Of a stretch of 64,000 nucleotides of DNA, positions 35,179 through 48,614 are shown in pieces (within the stretch, counting starts at the first letter, position 1; every line of letters starts with the position of its first letter). The notes under the pieces were generated by a model. The model was not told the origin of the DNA and did not search any database. It was given only the letters and a program-made list of their open reading frames with translations. This DNA comes from Phoronis australis. Lineage: Eukaryota > Animalia > Phoronida. The position numbers were made by a program, and so were the translations under genes. The stretch lies in NCBI GenBank assembly GCA_002633005.1, contig NMRA01000005.1, positions 155,941 to 219,940 on the forward strand, in the 5' to 3' direction.

Positions 35179-36729
35179 GCAACAAACGTCATTTTTGACG
35201 TCAAAGATTTTTATTTCGTAACAAATGCATATATTTCGTCATCAGCTTACCCCACAACTTGCATTCTACCAAACATGGCGCCATTTGCATCTATCCCGCA
35301 ATGCCTCATCGGTGAGGTGCAGTGACACCTACTGATGAATAGGAACAACGTACAGCGGGAAAGTGTGGCCCATCGCGAATCACATGATATGCAATGCATT
35401 TTGTACCTTTTCTTAATTCAAGCATATATTATAGACAACAGATTCGCAACTCCGACATTTTCTTCCGTGCTTTCCAAGAGGAGGCGACACTCTCCTAAAT
35501 TATGTGGTGCAGTTTGTATTTTGACGGGGAAATTCTCGCATCTACTTTACAGTCAAGTTCAACGAAAAAAAAAATAAATTCGGCATTGAAACGCTGTTCA
35601 AAGTATTCGAATAGTGAAACTGTGGGTATCGTGAGTACCTTTGGCAATGCTACTGGTAAGTAATTACAAAATTCAAACTTCTGTGCCAACTGGTTATGTC
35701 GTCTGTTTGCACAATTGCAGCATAATTATCAGACAGCTTGTGATTCATGGTTCACATACTGAGAAAACTACGAAAGCATATTAATTTTGTGCACAAATTC
35801 TAAGAAGTACCTGTGAATGCAAAAGATACTCACATAACGTTTTTGTTTCAGAAAATTATTAATTTTGTTCGGATTAAAAATGAGCCTCCGCAACGATTTC
35901 AATGGTTTAACCTTTGCATGTTTGTAATTTAACATTCTCAAGTGAACAGTTCTTCTGGGAAGTGTTAAGTGGCCCTTAAAAGGGCCGTTGGCTGCACTGC
36001 TCATGAGCCTTAGGTATAGCGTGAAATGATTTTTAAAAGAACTGTTCAATAACTCAACATAAATCACACAGTATACCGTGCTCACTCAAGTCCTGAAGGT
36101 CTTTTTCATCAGGGAAGGTTGGATGTAAACAGAGAAGATGACAATATCGATGATAGTTGTAACACCTTAAATAGATGTTACCGTTCACCAACGTTATCAC
36201 GAACCCTGTCTCGTTCAGTTCTTGTTCCTGGATCCACAAGTAAACCTGAACTGTAGGGAAAAAAGACAACAATGCGAATCAAATTTCGAAAATCATCGCC
36301 TTCGTACGATTTCGTGTTGCTGTCGCCAGACCATAGACTATAGTACATGGCCCGCCAACTCCGTATACTTTCAATGGACGAAATCTGTGAGCTCACGCAC
36401 AAGCCCTTAGGAGGCACAGAACAGTTCTCACTGGGTTTTGCCTAGCAAAACACACATCACTTGATTTGTAACCTTTTCTTCACTCTGTCAAAAACAGGAT
36501 GCAAAGAATGGCATGTTTTCAATTATTTCACATAAAAAGCCAAGCAGATGAGCACAGAAACTATATTCTTTCTTGTATTTTTGACCTTTTCATTCCCACT
36601 GAAAACCAAGCTAGACTAAGAAAAATAAGGGCAAAAATGCAAAATCGGCACTTTTCACCCGAAAAACACCACTTCCCTGCCGATGCACGACTAAAACCAA
36701 CATTAGAGTCTGAAAGCAAATTTCCTACC

Positions 36730-37672
36730 NNNNNNNNNNNNNNNNNNNNNNNNNNNNNNNNNNNNNNNNNNNNNNNNNNNNNNNNNNNNNNNNNNNNNNN
36801 NNNNNNNNNNNNNNNNNNNNNNNNNNNNNNNNNNNNNNNNNNNNNNNNNNNNNNNNNNNNNNNNNNNNNNNNNNNNNNNNNNNNNNNNNNNNNNNNNNNN
36901 NNNNNNNNNNNNNNNNNNNNNNNNNNNNNNNNNNNNNNNNNNNNNNNNNNNNNNNNNNNNNNNNNNNNNNNNNNNNNNNNNNNNNNNNNNNNNNNNNNNN
37001 NNNNNNNNNNNNNNNNNNNNNNNNNNNNNNNNNNNNNNNNNNNNNNNNNNNNNNNNNNNNNNNNNNNNNNNNNNNNNNNNNNNNNNNNNNNNNNNNNNNN
37101 NNNNNNNNNNNNNNNNNNNNNNNNNNNNNNNNNNNNNNNNNNNNNNNNNNNNNNNNNNNNNNNNNNNNNNNNNNNNNNNNNNNNNNNNNNNNNNNNNNNN
37201 NNNNNNNNNNNNNNNNNNNNNNNNNNNNNNNNNNNNNNNNNNNNNNNNNNNNNNNNNNNNNNNNNNNNNNNNNNNNNNNNNNNNNNNNNNNNNNNNNNNN
37301 NNNNNNNNNNNNNNNNNNNNNNNNNNNNNNNNNNNNNNNNNNNNNNNNNNNNNNNNNNNNNNNNNNNNNNNNNNNNNNNNNNNNNNNNNNNNNNNNNNNN
37401 NNNNNNNNNNNNNNNNNNNNNNNNNNNNNNNNNNNNNNNNNNNNNNNNNNNNNNNNNNNNNNNNNNNNNNNNNNNNNNNNNNNNNNNNNNNNNNNNNNNN
37501 NNNNNNNNNNNNNNNNNNNNNNNNNNNNNNNNNNNNNNNNNNNNNNNNNNNNNNNNNNNNNNNNNNNNNNNNNNNNNNNNNNNNNNNNNNNNNNNNNNNN
37601 NNNNNNNNNNNNNNNNNNNNNNNNNNNNNNNNNNNNNNNNNNNNNNNNNNNNNNNNNNNNNNNNNNNNNNNN
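36730..37672. other. Assembly gap
   Basis: Run of N. Confidence 1.
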
Positions 37673-38131
37673 ATACCCAGACATATCCTCATGTTTTCTT
37701 TGCTTGTGAGGTATGCAAGGAGGAGAGGGTACAGCTCTTCCAGGCACTCGAACAATACCCCAATGTTTATAAAAAATACTCTGAAATTCCGCAATTGTAC
37801 AACAAAATTAATTTCTTTCTATATGGATGTCAAGAACTTAACTCAAACGAAAATATGGTTTTATTTGAAATAGTATCAAAATTTCTTTATAACATTAAAT
37901 CTCTTTGTGTGAGTTGATAGAATTTTATACATCTGTATGAAAATGAATTATTTTCATTCGTTATCATATATCATTGTATTCTTAACATCAGTTTTTTATT
38001 TATGTATTCGTATATAATCATTGTATATAGACTTCTTTGTATTTTTTTACCCAGTTCTAATGCCTCTTGGCGCTTTCTGGGTTATGTATATTCGTTGTAT
38101 TCTGAAGATTTCGTAATAAACATTAAAAAAA
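37673..38131 (+). mobile_element. LINE 3' end (C-terminal zinc-knuckle-like tail of ORF2 plus 3' UTR)
   Basis: HVFFACEVCKEER...FFLYG...N..LFEIVSKFL, stop at 37917, then AATAAA and an A-rich tail at ~38115-38131. Confidence 0.7.
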
Positions 38132-38133
38132 TC

Positions 38134-38511
38134 ATTTCTTGTGATCCCATACAGTCAACATCCTGGCTGTCGTTGATCAATAATCTGTATAATATGATCA
38201 TGATATGTACTTCAGTGCATAATAACTATTATGTTTATGGTTTGGTAACCTAAACAAATGACATTGTCACTGAAGTGTAACAAGTTTCCAAGGTAATACA
38301 CATACCACCGAAGTGTCCACAGATGTATGGCTCAATGTGCCTTAAAAGAACACTTCCTTCACCACTTCCTATGGCAAATAATCAAGTAGGTTGCCAAACC
38401 ATAAACATAATAGTTATTATGCACTGAAGTACATATCATGATCATGATCATATTATACAGATTATTGATCAACGACAGCCAGGATGTTGACTGTATGGGA
38501 TGACAAGAAAT
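38134..38511. mobile_element. MITE/foldback with ~120-bp near-perfect inverted arms
   Basis: 38134-~38252 is the reverse complement of ~38387-38511, apart from one extra GATCAT unit and a few mismatches. Confidence 0.85.
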
Positions 38512-39971
38512 AATTTAAATAAGTAATAACAAATAAACAATAATGAATAATCAAGAATAACAAATATATGATAAAAAACAATAATAAAATTAGTAAGTAA
38601 TAAAAAATATAATTATCTTTTAGATCTGAATGTATTAAGACTGCAGAACGAAATGAAAAAAGTAATTAGAAGCATCAATGGGCATAGAATAAACTAATCA
38701 GTAGTTTCCAAAATCATGCAAGCAATTTATGACAATTTTCTATATCAGCAATCAAATGCAGGAAACAGTAAAGACACCCAGTCCATCACTGGATGACTGG
38801 CAAGAGATTCACGCAGAAATATCCTCTGTTTCAATCATGAACATCACCTATCTTAATCATTGAGGAAGCAAAAAAGCATGAGTCACGAATTTTCAATTAA
38901 CTGTTGCTGCAGCCGTAGGCAGTGCAAAAAGCAACATTGCTTTTTTTACTGACGGAAGCCGTGATATCTTGCCACATTTGTTTATTGCACGCACACTCGC
39001 TAGACGTGTCTACAGTACATGAAACAACAATGTCCACCAGTGGCCGTCCGATGGGATTTCGCTAGGTGGACTGTCTCCCTATCTAGGGTCTCTGATAGTA
39101 GCACCAAAGATGCTGAAGTTAATGGGGCCATGCCTAATCCGACAGCACCACTGACAATTCCCTCTACAGTCACGGGCACAATAGGGAACGCTGGGTGCAG
39201 ACTTTTCGGCATTCCCACTTGACTTACTTTCTCATGCAAGTCAACAACTTTCTGAAATGAATGAATACAAAAATACATTTAAGGTATCTACACATGTTAA
39301 CTACCTACAACTGTCTACTTGTCCACACCCAGATTTTTAACAAACAGCCTGGCTCAAGACTCATCCTCTGATTTTCAGCATATTTTTTAATCAAAGGGCT
39401 TTAGAAATCCCAAGTATGTTAAACCAAACAAATATTTGAAATCCCAGTTCAGATCAAAAAAGTATACATCCAAGTCATGAAATCAAAAACAACAGAGTCC
39501 GCTTTTTTATAATAGTTACTATAGTATGTTAGCTTCAGGTAGCAATACAATTAGGTATAACAAAACCATCAGTCATGGAGGATGAAATTATGGTCATTAT
39601 CAATTACGTCCTATTACTCCACCTAAGAGCTTTACTAAAGCAGCACTGCATGGTTCTCAGCAGATGGGGGTGTTTCACTGGGCTCACTCGTGGCGTAGCT
39701 GTGATCTATTGGCTGAAAAAGTATCATTTATATTATAACAAATACAACATGCAGGAAAAATATGTGGCATCAGCAATATTCTCTATGCAGCGTCACTCAC
39801 TCTTCCCCATTATTGCAGCTAAGTAATAACCCTTCGGAGTAATGTTGCTTTGGAATAACACCTGATTGATATATTTTTCAAGTAATGACCCTTCGGACTA
39901 TAGGTCCTTCAAAGTACAATGAATGCCCATCACAGTAAAGACCTAACTAAACCCATACTAGTCTACTGGAC

Positions 39972-40127
39972 CAGTGCTGTAGTGGGGCGTAGGAGCACGT
40001 AGGCGCAGCCAACCACCTTTTGGCATTTGAAAGTAGCGCCTACGCACCGTGAGTTACGTTCAGTGCTCAATGTGATACGGTGGGCTTTAGGCGCCTACTT
40101 ACCTCTAATTTTACCTCTACAGCACTG
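39972..40127. mobile_element. hAT MITE
   Basis: TIR CAGTGCTGTAG / CTACAGCACTG; 8-bp TSD TACTGGAC / TACTGGAA (7 of 8 match). Confidence 0.85.
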
Positions 40128-41675
40128 TACTGGAACAAGTTAACATCACAGCATTTCTCCTTAGCAGGTCCTCACACTTGCTGTTTATCACCTATCTCTT
40201 GGATCTGAATGTATAAACACTGAAGTGAATCGAAGAAGTGAAAGAAATTACAGTTTAGAGCCAATCATAGAATAGAAACACAAGTAATCAGTAGGCCCTA
40301 AGTCATAAAACACATGCAGAAAAATTTCGATAGATGGGTCCCTCACTCAAAATTCATTTGAGAACCAGTTATTACTACAACTGAATAACGGGCGAAATTC
40401 ATTAGAAGTAACTCACTAACTGGCACTAAAATCAAACACTAGAGTACCCATCATCCCGGCCATATGTAACGGATTACCACAATTTTGCTTTGAGTAATCA
40501 AATAAAACCTTAAAACTTAAAGGTAAGACAAGTTCAAATTACTCTGCCAACATCAATGGTTGACAGGCAGCATTTTCACAAAAAGAATTCTTTGTATCAC
40601 TCGTATATCTCACCTGTCTTTATCAGTGGCGAGTGCAAGTCCCGGTTTTTCTGTTGAGCAAAAAGCTCCTCTGATCCTCTTTTTAGGGACTGCAGCCGGC
40701 ATATCTTGTTTTGTAGTTACTTGACACAGCACTACCCTCAGAGGTATTAACTATGGGAAATCTATATGAACTACATGATCAGATAAAATATCTTGTCTCT
40801 GTGACCGCTGACCACGAGTATCAGCCATATTTCTTTTTTCCCACACACCCGCTAGACGTCTCTACGGTCCATGGAACAACAATGGCCGCCAGTGGCCGTC
40901 CAATAGGATTTCGCTAGCTGAAACGTTTCCCTCTCTACGGTCTCTGGTTGTGCTTAGTAACTTAAACATTGTAGCTCTCTTGAAGTTCATACATTCAGAC
41001 ACATAAGTGTATCATTTGCGATCGAGCTGGAAAAGTATGTTATAGACCACATTTCAAGAAAGAGAAAGAAGGAACAAATTTTATAGCTTTGAATACAAAA
41101 CAGGTATGTTTTTGTAAAAAAAATAATTGCAGGCGGTCTGATACACGTTGTACCAGACGTGCGCAGGCCTCGCATGTGGGCCCATTGCACTGATCACCTG
41201 GAAATATTTTTATGCTTTATTAATATATGGTTAAAACCGAGCTGAGGAGCTAGAAACCTGGCTCAAGGGTTTAGCAGTGTGACCTGGTGGGCACTTATCA
41301 ACCAGGCCACACTGCCTCCTCTATGTTTTTGTAAGGTACATATAGTGTTCTTCAAGTGTGTTCAGTTATTTTCACCAGTTGTTTTTTAGCTTGTTCAGCC
41401 CCTAGACTCATGCCCAGGCCATAGACAGTAGTACTGTCTCACCTGGCCCAGTAGAGATGGTAGCCATGTCATAGTTCCTCCATATGCCGAAAGGTTTTCA
41501 GAGTTATGCATCACACTGATTAAACCATCAAAGTCATGTTGCTTATAAGTTTAATTAGAAGTACCTTTTAAGGAGAGGGATGCGGCCTTTGGAGGTCATT
41601 GTTTATTTGTTCCGAGCTCGAGCAAATAATCCAGAAATCCTGTTTTTCAAACAGTTCGTCGTTTCAAGTGTATGG

Positions 41676-41838
41676 GATAAATACAAAAAGTACATCGATT
41701 GGCGTAGAAGATGTAAAATCCCACGAGACATTATTCCGCGTATCGACGGAGACTGAAGGTCGAGGTCGATACGAGGAATAATATCTCGTGGGATATTACT
41801 TCATCTACGCAACTCTCGCTACGTTTTGTGTACTTATT
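41676..41838. mobile_element. Palindromic non-autonomous element (Crypton-like)
   Basis: Long imperfect palindrome centred on GAAGGTCGAGG; same family at 48615-48758; no TSD seen. Confidence 0.5.
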
Positions 41839-42230
41839 TCAGCATGATATTGACAGCAATACCAGGATCCTGATAATTCGTTCTCCCTATTATTTTTTAA
41901 TTCAGATTATTGCTGTATCAGAATTAAATGACGCATAGATGTAAGGATTAGCCAATTTTCCTGGTACCCGCACTTGTTTATGCCATGCTTGAAAACGCAA
42001 CCTTTTCGGTTTATGTTATATAGTGTCGAGGGTGCGCATGGTGTAGTATACTACTCTCCAATTTTTGTTAAATGAAATCGTGCCAACTTGAAAGTACACG
42101 TTTCGTACGGGAGTAAGTAAAACACGGACTTAATTTCAAATGATGCACAAATGACAAAAACATTATTTGTCTGCTCTTGGCGTGAACTAAAATGATAGAA
42201 AATATTCCGACGTTCTGCTAGTGCATTGAC

Positions 42231-42581
42231 AAAAGCATTTGTCGCTCGATTTTGATATTTGTGTTTGGTGATATCGAATTCCTTTTCCTAAATCAACCAT
42301 ATTACCCGGGGCTTGTTTGAGCTAAAATGTTAAAAAAATATGCCGCCGCTCTGCATTGTTACAATCGATAAAAGCATTTGTCGCACATTTCTGATGTGTT
42401 TGGTGATATCGAATTCCTTTTCCTAAATCAACCATATTACCCGGGGCTTGTTTGAGCTAAAATGTTAAAAAAATATTCCGCCGCTCTGCATTGTTACAAT
42501 CGATAAAAGCATTTGTCGGACATTTTTGATGTGTTTGGTGATATCGAATTCCTTTCATTAAATCAACCATGTTACACGGGG
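42231..42581. repeat. Tandem repeat, ~137-bp unit, ~2.5 copies
   Basis: AAAAGCATTTGTCG recurs at 42231, 42370 and 42505. Confidence 0.85.
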
Positions 42582-43712
42582 CTATTAGCAATAGCGAGGA
42601 TCTGTTATTATGCACAGTATGTATAGCTTAGTCTCGTATACTGGTGAACCTTTTTGGAGTCATCTGTATAATGAAAAGTGTGGGATTTTACTCGCTGTTT
42701 CTGTCGCCATTCTTAAAGTTACATAAAACCTGTGATTTCTGTCAAAGAAAAACAAGTTTCGATTTAATGCACTTGTATCTTTATAAACTTTTCTTGTTCA
42801 GGAGCGACCTCTTAGCTCAGATGACATGTCTTCAGGCAAAACTGATAAAATTCCTCATCGCGCCGTGACCCATAAGCGTGGTCCGAAGAAGTATCACACT
42901 CCCTTCCGCCATCTTGTTTTGAGCACGTATGTTTTGTCAGTTTAGTTGACAATTTAAAACATCCACACCCAATCCCTGAATAAATATACTTAACTCTTTC
43001 ATTGACCTGTAACTCAGACTTGCTGTTTTGCGTTATTTGCCTTTGACTTTAAAAAAATACAAAATTTGAAACTTTTCGAAATTTTTACGGAATTTTGTAA
43101 ATCTATACTTTTAGATAGTTTTGAACGAGATGTTTTTCATTTTTCGCTATGACGTCCACTTTTTGAATTCTTAGAGATTTCTTATAATGCTGTTCTTTTG
43201 TTGACCGATATTGCAGCACTGTTGTTGCTTTACCTTCTATTGAACAAGACTGTAGCCTATTTCTTATTGACTTCTGACATCTTCGACTGTGGTATGAATG
43301 TTATGATCATGTTCATCAACGCCACCATCATCATCATCATCGTCATCATCATCCCCATTAAGGTCTTTTCAGTTAATTTCGCTAAGTGTCGCTCTTCCGA
43401 GCGCTTTCATTCTATTTGTTGTGATAGTGTGGGTTGTGATCTGCGACCACTTCAGATAGGGAGTGAGGCTGATTCATATGTGACAGTGGAGACGCATGTC
43501 TCACCAGGATAAATAGGTAGGAAACTTCAGTGCTAAGACAGCAACAAAATAACCCTCCAATACATTAAAGCTAATTCAGGGTAGCTATAACTAAATGCTC
43601 TTCAATTAAGTTTACTTAACATCAACTGAGTGTGCAATCACTATTTGGTAACTCATTTGGTGTTTTGTCAGTGCCTGTTCCATTAGATTTTATCACCCAG
43701 GGTAATTGCTAT

Positions 43713-44373
43713 ATTTACTTGGCAGAATTCTTCCGCCAAGTATGTTGGTCTGGAAGCAAGTTTTTTTTTGTTTGTTCGCACGATACAGGTCGCAATTTTC
43801 GTCCGATCATCACGACATTTACACACAACACGTACTTCCGGAAGTACTGGAAGCCTATTGTTTTTCGTCGTTACTTGGCGGAAGAATTCCGCCAAGTATG
43901 TTGCTCTGACAGCAAGTTTTTACTTGGCGGAATTCTTCGAATTCCGACAAGTATGTTGCTCTGTCGTCAAGTTTTTACCTGGCGGAATTCTTCAAATTCC
44001 GACAAGTATGTTGTTCTGTCGTCAAGTTTTTTACTTGGCGGAATTCTTCGAATTCCGTCAAGTATGTTGGTCTGACAGCAAGTTTTTACTTGGCGAAATA
44101 AATTTCGCCAAGTATGTTGCTCTTCCACTAAGTTTGTTTTTTTTTTTTGTTTTTTTTTTGTTTGTTCGCACGATACAGGTCGCAATTTTCGTCCAATCAA
44201 CACGAAATTTACACATAACACGTACTTCCGGAAGTACTGGAAGCCTATTGTTTTTCGTCGAAATCGGATCCAAGATGGCGGCTGTGGCGGCCATTTTGTT
44301 TTCATTTTAAGATTCAAAGGCTTCTGGAGGCTGCAATTTTTTACGTACAAAGCTGAAAATCAGCACAATGAAT
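43713..44373 (+). repeat. HINE-like element with tandemly amplified palindromic 5' end (~58-bp unit)
   Basis: Repeated ACTTGGCGGAATT...AATTCCGCCAAGT hairpin units, plus two copies of a GTTTGTTCGCACGATACAGG body; runs into the gap. Confidence 0.65.
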
Positions 44374-45230
44374 NNNNNNNNNNNNNNNNNNNNNNNNNNN
44401 NNNNNNNNNNNNNNNNNNNNNNNNNNNNNNNNNNNNNNNNNNNNNNNNNNNNNNNNNNNNNNNNNNNNNNNNNNNNNNNNNNNNNNNNNNNNNNNNNNNN
44501 NNNNNNNNNNNNNNNNNNNNNNNNNNNNNNNNNNNNNNNNNNNNNNNNNNNNNNNNNNNNNNNNNNNNNNNNNNNNNNNNNNNNNNNNNNNNNNNNNNNN
44601 NNNNNNNNNNNNNNNNNNNNNNNNNNNNNNNNNNNNNNNNNNNNNNNNNNNNNNNNNNNNNNNNNNNNNNNNNNNNNNNNNNNNNNNNNNNNNNNNNNNN
44701 NNNNNNNNNNNNNNNNNNNNNNNNNNNNNNNNNNNNNNNNNNNNNNNNNNNNNNNNNNNNNNNNNNNNNNNNNNNNNNNNNNNNNNNNNNNNNNNNNNNN
44801 NNNNNNNNNNNNNNNNNNNNNNNNNNNNNNNNNNNNNNNNNNNNNNNNNNNNNNNNNNNNNNNNNNNNNNNNNNNNNNNNNNNNNNNNNNNNNNNNNNNN
44901 NNNNNNNNNNNNNNNNNNNNNNNNNNNNNNNNNNNNNNNNNNNNNNNNNNNNNNNNNNNNNNNNNNNNNNNNNNNNNNNNNNNNNNNNNNNNNNNNNNNN
45001 NNNNNNNNNNNNNNNNNNNNNNNNNNNNNNNNNNNNNNNNNNNNNNNNNNNNNNNNNNNNNNNNNNNNNNNNNNNNNNNNNNNNNNNNNNNNNNNNNNNN
45101 NNNNNNNNNNNNNNNNNNNNNNNNNNNNNNNNNNNNNNNNNNNNNNNNNNNNNNNNNNNNNNNNNNNNNNNNNNNNNNNNNNNNNNNNNNNNNNNNNNNN
45201 NNNNNNNNNNNNNNNNNNNNNNNNNNNNNN
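44374..45230. other. Assembly gap
   Basis: Run of N. Confidence 1.
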
Positions 45231-45932
45231 AGATAGAGATTTGAACGGGCTTTCAGATGATAATTTCCATTTTGCGCTACGACGTCTACTTTTTGAATTA
45301 TTCGAGATTTTCGGATCCCGTTGTTCCTATATGCAAGCACGCAGCTGGCTGGCTTTCAGTTCACTTTGTTTTGATTATGCCTAGTTGACCCAGACTGACC
45401 CAGCCAGCACTGGTCTACTGTAGACTGGACCGTCATGTTGCGCCATCTATTGTTCTTTATTGTAGTTGATTGTATGCTCTCTATTTGATTTTTGCTAGTC
45501 ACATGAATGTTATCGTGTTTGACAAACTACCACTTTAGATAGAGATTTGAACGGGCTTTCAGATGATAATTTCCATTTTGCGCTACGACGTCTACTTTTT
45601 GAATTATTCGAGATTTTCGGATCCCGTTGTTCCTATATGCAAGCACGCAGCTGGCTGGCTTTCAGTTCACTTTGTTTTGATTATGCCTAGTTGACCCAGA
45701 CTGACCCAGCCAGCACTGGTCTACTGTAGACTGGACCGTCATGTTGCGCCATCTATTGTTCTTTATTGTAGTTGATTGTATGCTCTCTATTTGATTTCTT
45801 CGCTAGTCACATGAATGTTATCGGGTTATTCATAATTGCCGTCTTGATCGTCATGATTGTCGTCGTCTCCCTCATCGTCGTCTTTTCGATTAATATTCCG
45901 CCAAGTGTCGCTCCTCCGAGCGCTCTCTTTTC
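45231..45932 (+). repeat. Near-identical ~306-bp tandem duplication, ending in a repeat 3' end shared with ~43110-43412
   Basis: AGATAGAGATTTGAACGGG at 45231 and 45537; terminal AAGTGTCGCTC(C/T)TCCGAGCGCT hairpin at both loci. Confidence 0.75.
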
Positions 45933-46804
45933 TGTAGTTAATGGATTGAAGACAATAAAAAGTAAATATGCCAAGCTGTAAACAACAGTGAAACTTAATT
46001 CTTTCTCAAGGAGATCTGATCACGCGCACAGAATACGATCAGATGATGGCAAAAAGTAACGCAAAATGAGATCCATTCTATGATGACAGGAAAGACTATG
46101 CCATCTCTAAGTCTAGATTAGCTATAAAATCGTACTTGTGTTTGATTCTTATTCATGTAACAGCAAATCGAAGTATTCCTTGGCCTTAAAGGTGGCAATC
46201 CCAGGTGGTCATCTGGTTGTTTCCTACTCTTTTATTTTAGATTATGTTGCAGGAAACACGCCTTTAGTCTGAAAAGCTACATTTGTCTGAAAAAGTTGAA
46301 GTCTGAAGTTTCTAAAGAGCTTTATATAAAGGTATTGAAAAGTTCATTTCACTAATAAAACCAACACCCACTAAACAGAAAGGGAAGGTCAAAATTCCAT
46401 AAATGCTAAACTACTAAACATCTTATCAACTGATAAATAATGAGAACAAAAGATTAATAATGTTCAGGCGACATTTAAAAATCTTGTTGTTGAAGAAAAA
46501 GAATACTCCACTCTATATGAAACGTGAACAAACCAGATTATTCAAGCTTAAAAATAAGTTCCTCAGTTATTCGGCCCTGAAGTCGTTTAGATAGACCAGA
46601 ATGTTCTGCATTTTCATTAAACTTCTGCAGTACCACAATATTGTAATTTTGTCATAATTTTATATTTGTATGAGTTTGTTTTGGTCCATTGGTCAGCCTG
46701 TCATTGCTCAAAAATCACTCGGACTCTGTGCTGGTGCCAGGAATGACATTGTATTTAAATTAGTCTTGTTGTCTCTTAGTTTACTAAGTTGTCTCTTTAT
46801 ATTA

Positions 46805-46942
46805 CATAATATAAGTATATTATACTCAATTCATAATATAAGTATATTATACTCAATTCATAATATAAGTATATTATACTCAATTCATAATATAAGTATA
46901 TTATACTCAATTCATAATATAAGTATATTATACTCAATTCAT
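46805..46942. repeat. 27-bp minisatellite, 5 copies
   Basis: CATAATATAAGTATATTATACTCAATT repeated perfectly. Confidence 0.95.
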
Positions 46943-47021
46943 CAGTTTACCCGACATTTTACTGTATTGTTTTATAAGGAGTATGGATAATCATGATAGC
47001 AAGTAACAGCATATGTTCACG

Positions 47022-47460
47022 AATAGGCGAAACTGTTCGCCATTTGAAAACCAGGACCAAGGAACATCTAAATTCTGACAGTAATTCACATGTAAATATT
47101 CACCTGCAGAGCTCCAATCATTGTTATCAGCAGTGCTCTTTCAATGACTTTGCAATAATAGACCAAGCAGTAACAACAAAGGAGCTTAAAATTCGTGAGG
47201 CTTTACATATCAGTTGGTGCAAGCCCAATCTCAATAGGCAACTGACACACCACAGGTTGTCATTGTTGGTCTATTTCATTGTCACTCCCTGTAACTGACT
47301 GTATCTGTGCTTCATTACTTGTTGCTGGGCCTAGCTAGGTGGCCACTGTATTGTGACTTCTGAGGATGGTGTTTAATAAATGACACCGAAACATGTCAAG
47401 TTTTAAAACCGTTGTTATTTTCGTGAGTATGGATAAAAATAATATTGTATTTGCTTGCTA
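47022..47460 (+). mobile_element. Penelope-like element 3' remnant (GIY-YIG endonuclease C-terminus and pseudo-LTR)
   Basis: IGETVRHLKTRTKEH...HVNIHL...FAIID...LKIREALHISWCKPNLNRQ, followed by a hammerhead core. Confidence 0.85.
47355..47402 (+). ncRNA. Minimal type I hammerhead ribozyme (Penelope-associated)
   Basis: GACTT-CTGAGGA-TGGTGT(loop)ACACC-GAAA-CATGTC-AAGTT: conserved core, helix II, palindromic ACATGT helix III and a GUC cleavage triplet. Confidence 0.75.
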
Positions 47461-48614
47461 GCTCAAGTCAGACTTAAATCAAACTTGAGCAGAAGTTGAC
47501 AGCTTAGTGCATGCACCTCAGGAAGGCGAACACAATTTCGTTTATACATGTATATGAGCTGGACTAAGATGGACATTTTGTTGTACAATGTATGAGCATT
47601 TACACTTAAAAAAGAAAAAATGCCAGGCGTTATTAACTGTGTATAACATCCAGTGAATGAATTTGGACAAAGACTAATGACATTTTCCGTTGAAATTTTG
47701 ATCTACTGAACATCCATTGACTGTGCTGAAATATATGTGCATCCAACAGTGTGTGCACATCGTTCCTATTTTACATCAATTTTTCATGTTCTGTTCTACA
47801 CCACTATATTCCAGTTCTATAGCACTATACTCCAGTTCTATATAAAAGGAATACAATTACCGTTCTTCTGCATTCATGTTATTTTGTCATAGTTTGCAAT
47901 TAACTCTGATGAACGTTAAAGTTTTACAATGCATTCAGTTCCCGCAACTTTCGTTTAAATTGTCTCTCATTAGTTGCTCGCCACAATTCCTTGAATAAAT
48001 AAGTTATGAAGAAAATGAGGTTGTTTATTTTTTATCCCACGCGCGTTGAATCTGTCGAGGGAAATACGGCCATATAATAAAGTTGTCCGTATTCACCTCT
48101 CGCACTACTTCAACAGCGACTTCTGACATGGAAAGGTCAAAAGGTAGGTCAATGTCGACTAGACGTCTTCAGCCGGTTCGATCATCAAACTTTCCGAATG
48201 TAATTTGAAGTAATACAGTTGCAAGAGTGTAACTAACACTCGACATGCATCCAGGCCCTAAACGTAAAATCTGGAACACAAATTATAAGACACTTTCTCT
48301 CAGTTTTCCATTGCTGAATACTAAATCGTCTGCAACTCAGGCGCCGATTCCTAGGAAATTAAAATATCAAAAATTGTTTTTTTAACTATTTCAAGGAGAT
48401 GTTACAAGTTCACTGCTCAGTTGCCGTTTGTTTTCATCTTTGCTACCTCTTTTTAAGAAATAAATCGTTACTGTTTTTTTTTCAAGACAAAACTTGCAAC
48501 CTAACGCGCAAGTACATACATATAGGATGTGATCCGCCATGTGAACAGTCTGGGTGAAGTATTTGAATAATCTGCCGAAAAATGTAAGAAACTTAGGTAT
48601 TCGAAGCGCATGGG

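Noticed and set aside
36499-37917. Long ORFs spanning the first gap (likewise 44360-45384)
   Set aside because: Artefacts of N runs; only the 37673-37917 LINE tail is interpretable.
41220-41500. tRNA/SINE-like GC-richer stretch
   Set aside because: Only a weak A box and no convincing B box or cloverleaf.
43632-44350. Cluster of 70-180-aa overlapping ORFs
   Set aside because: By-products of palindromic tandem repeats; no domain signal.
45231-45830. Recent biological tandem duplication
   Set aside because: A near-identical duplication abutting a gap may be an assembly overlap; this cannot be decided without reads.
46670-46990. Repeat protein (HNISILYSI)n
   Set aside because: Simply the translation of a 27-bp minisatellite.
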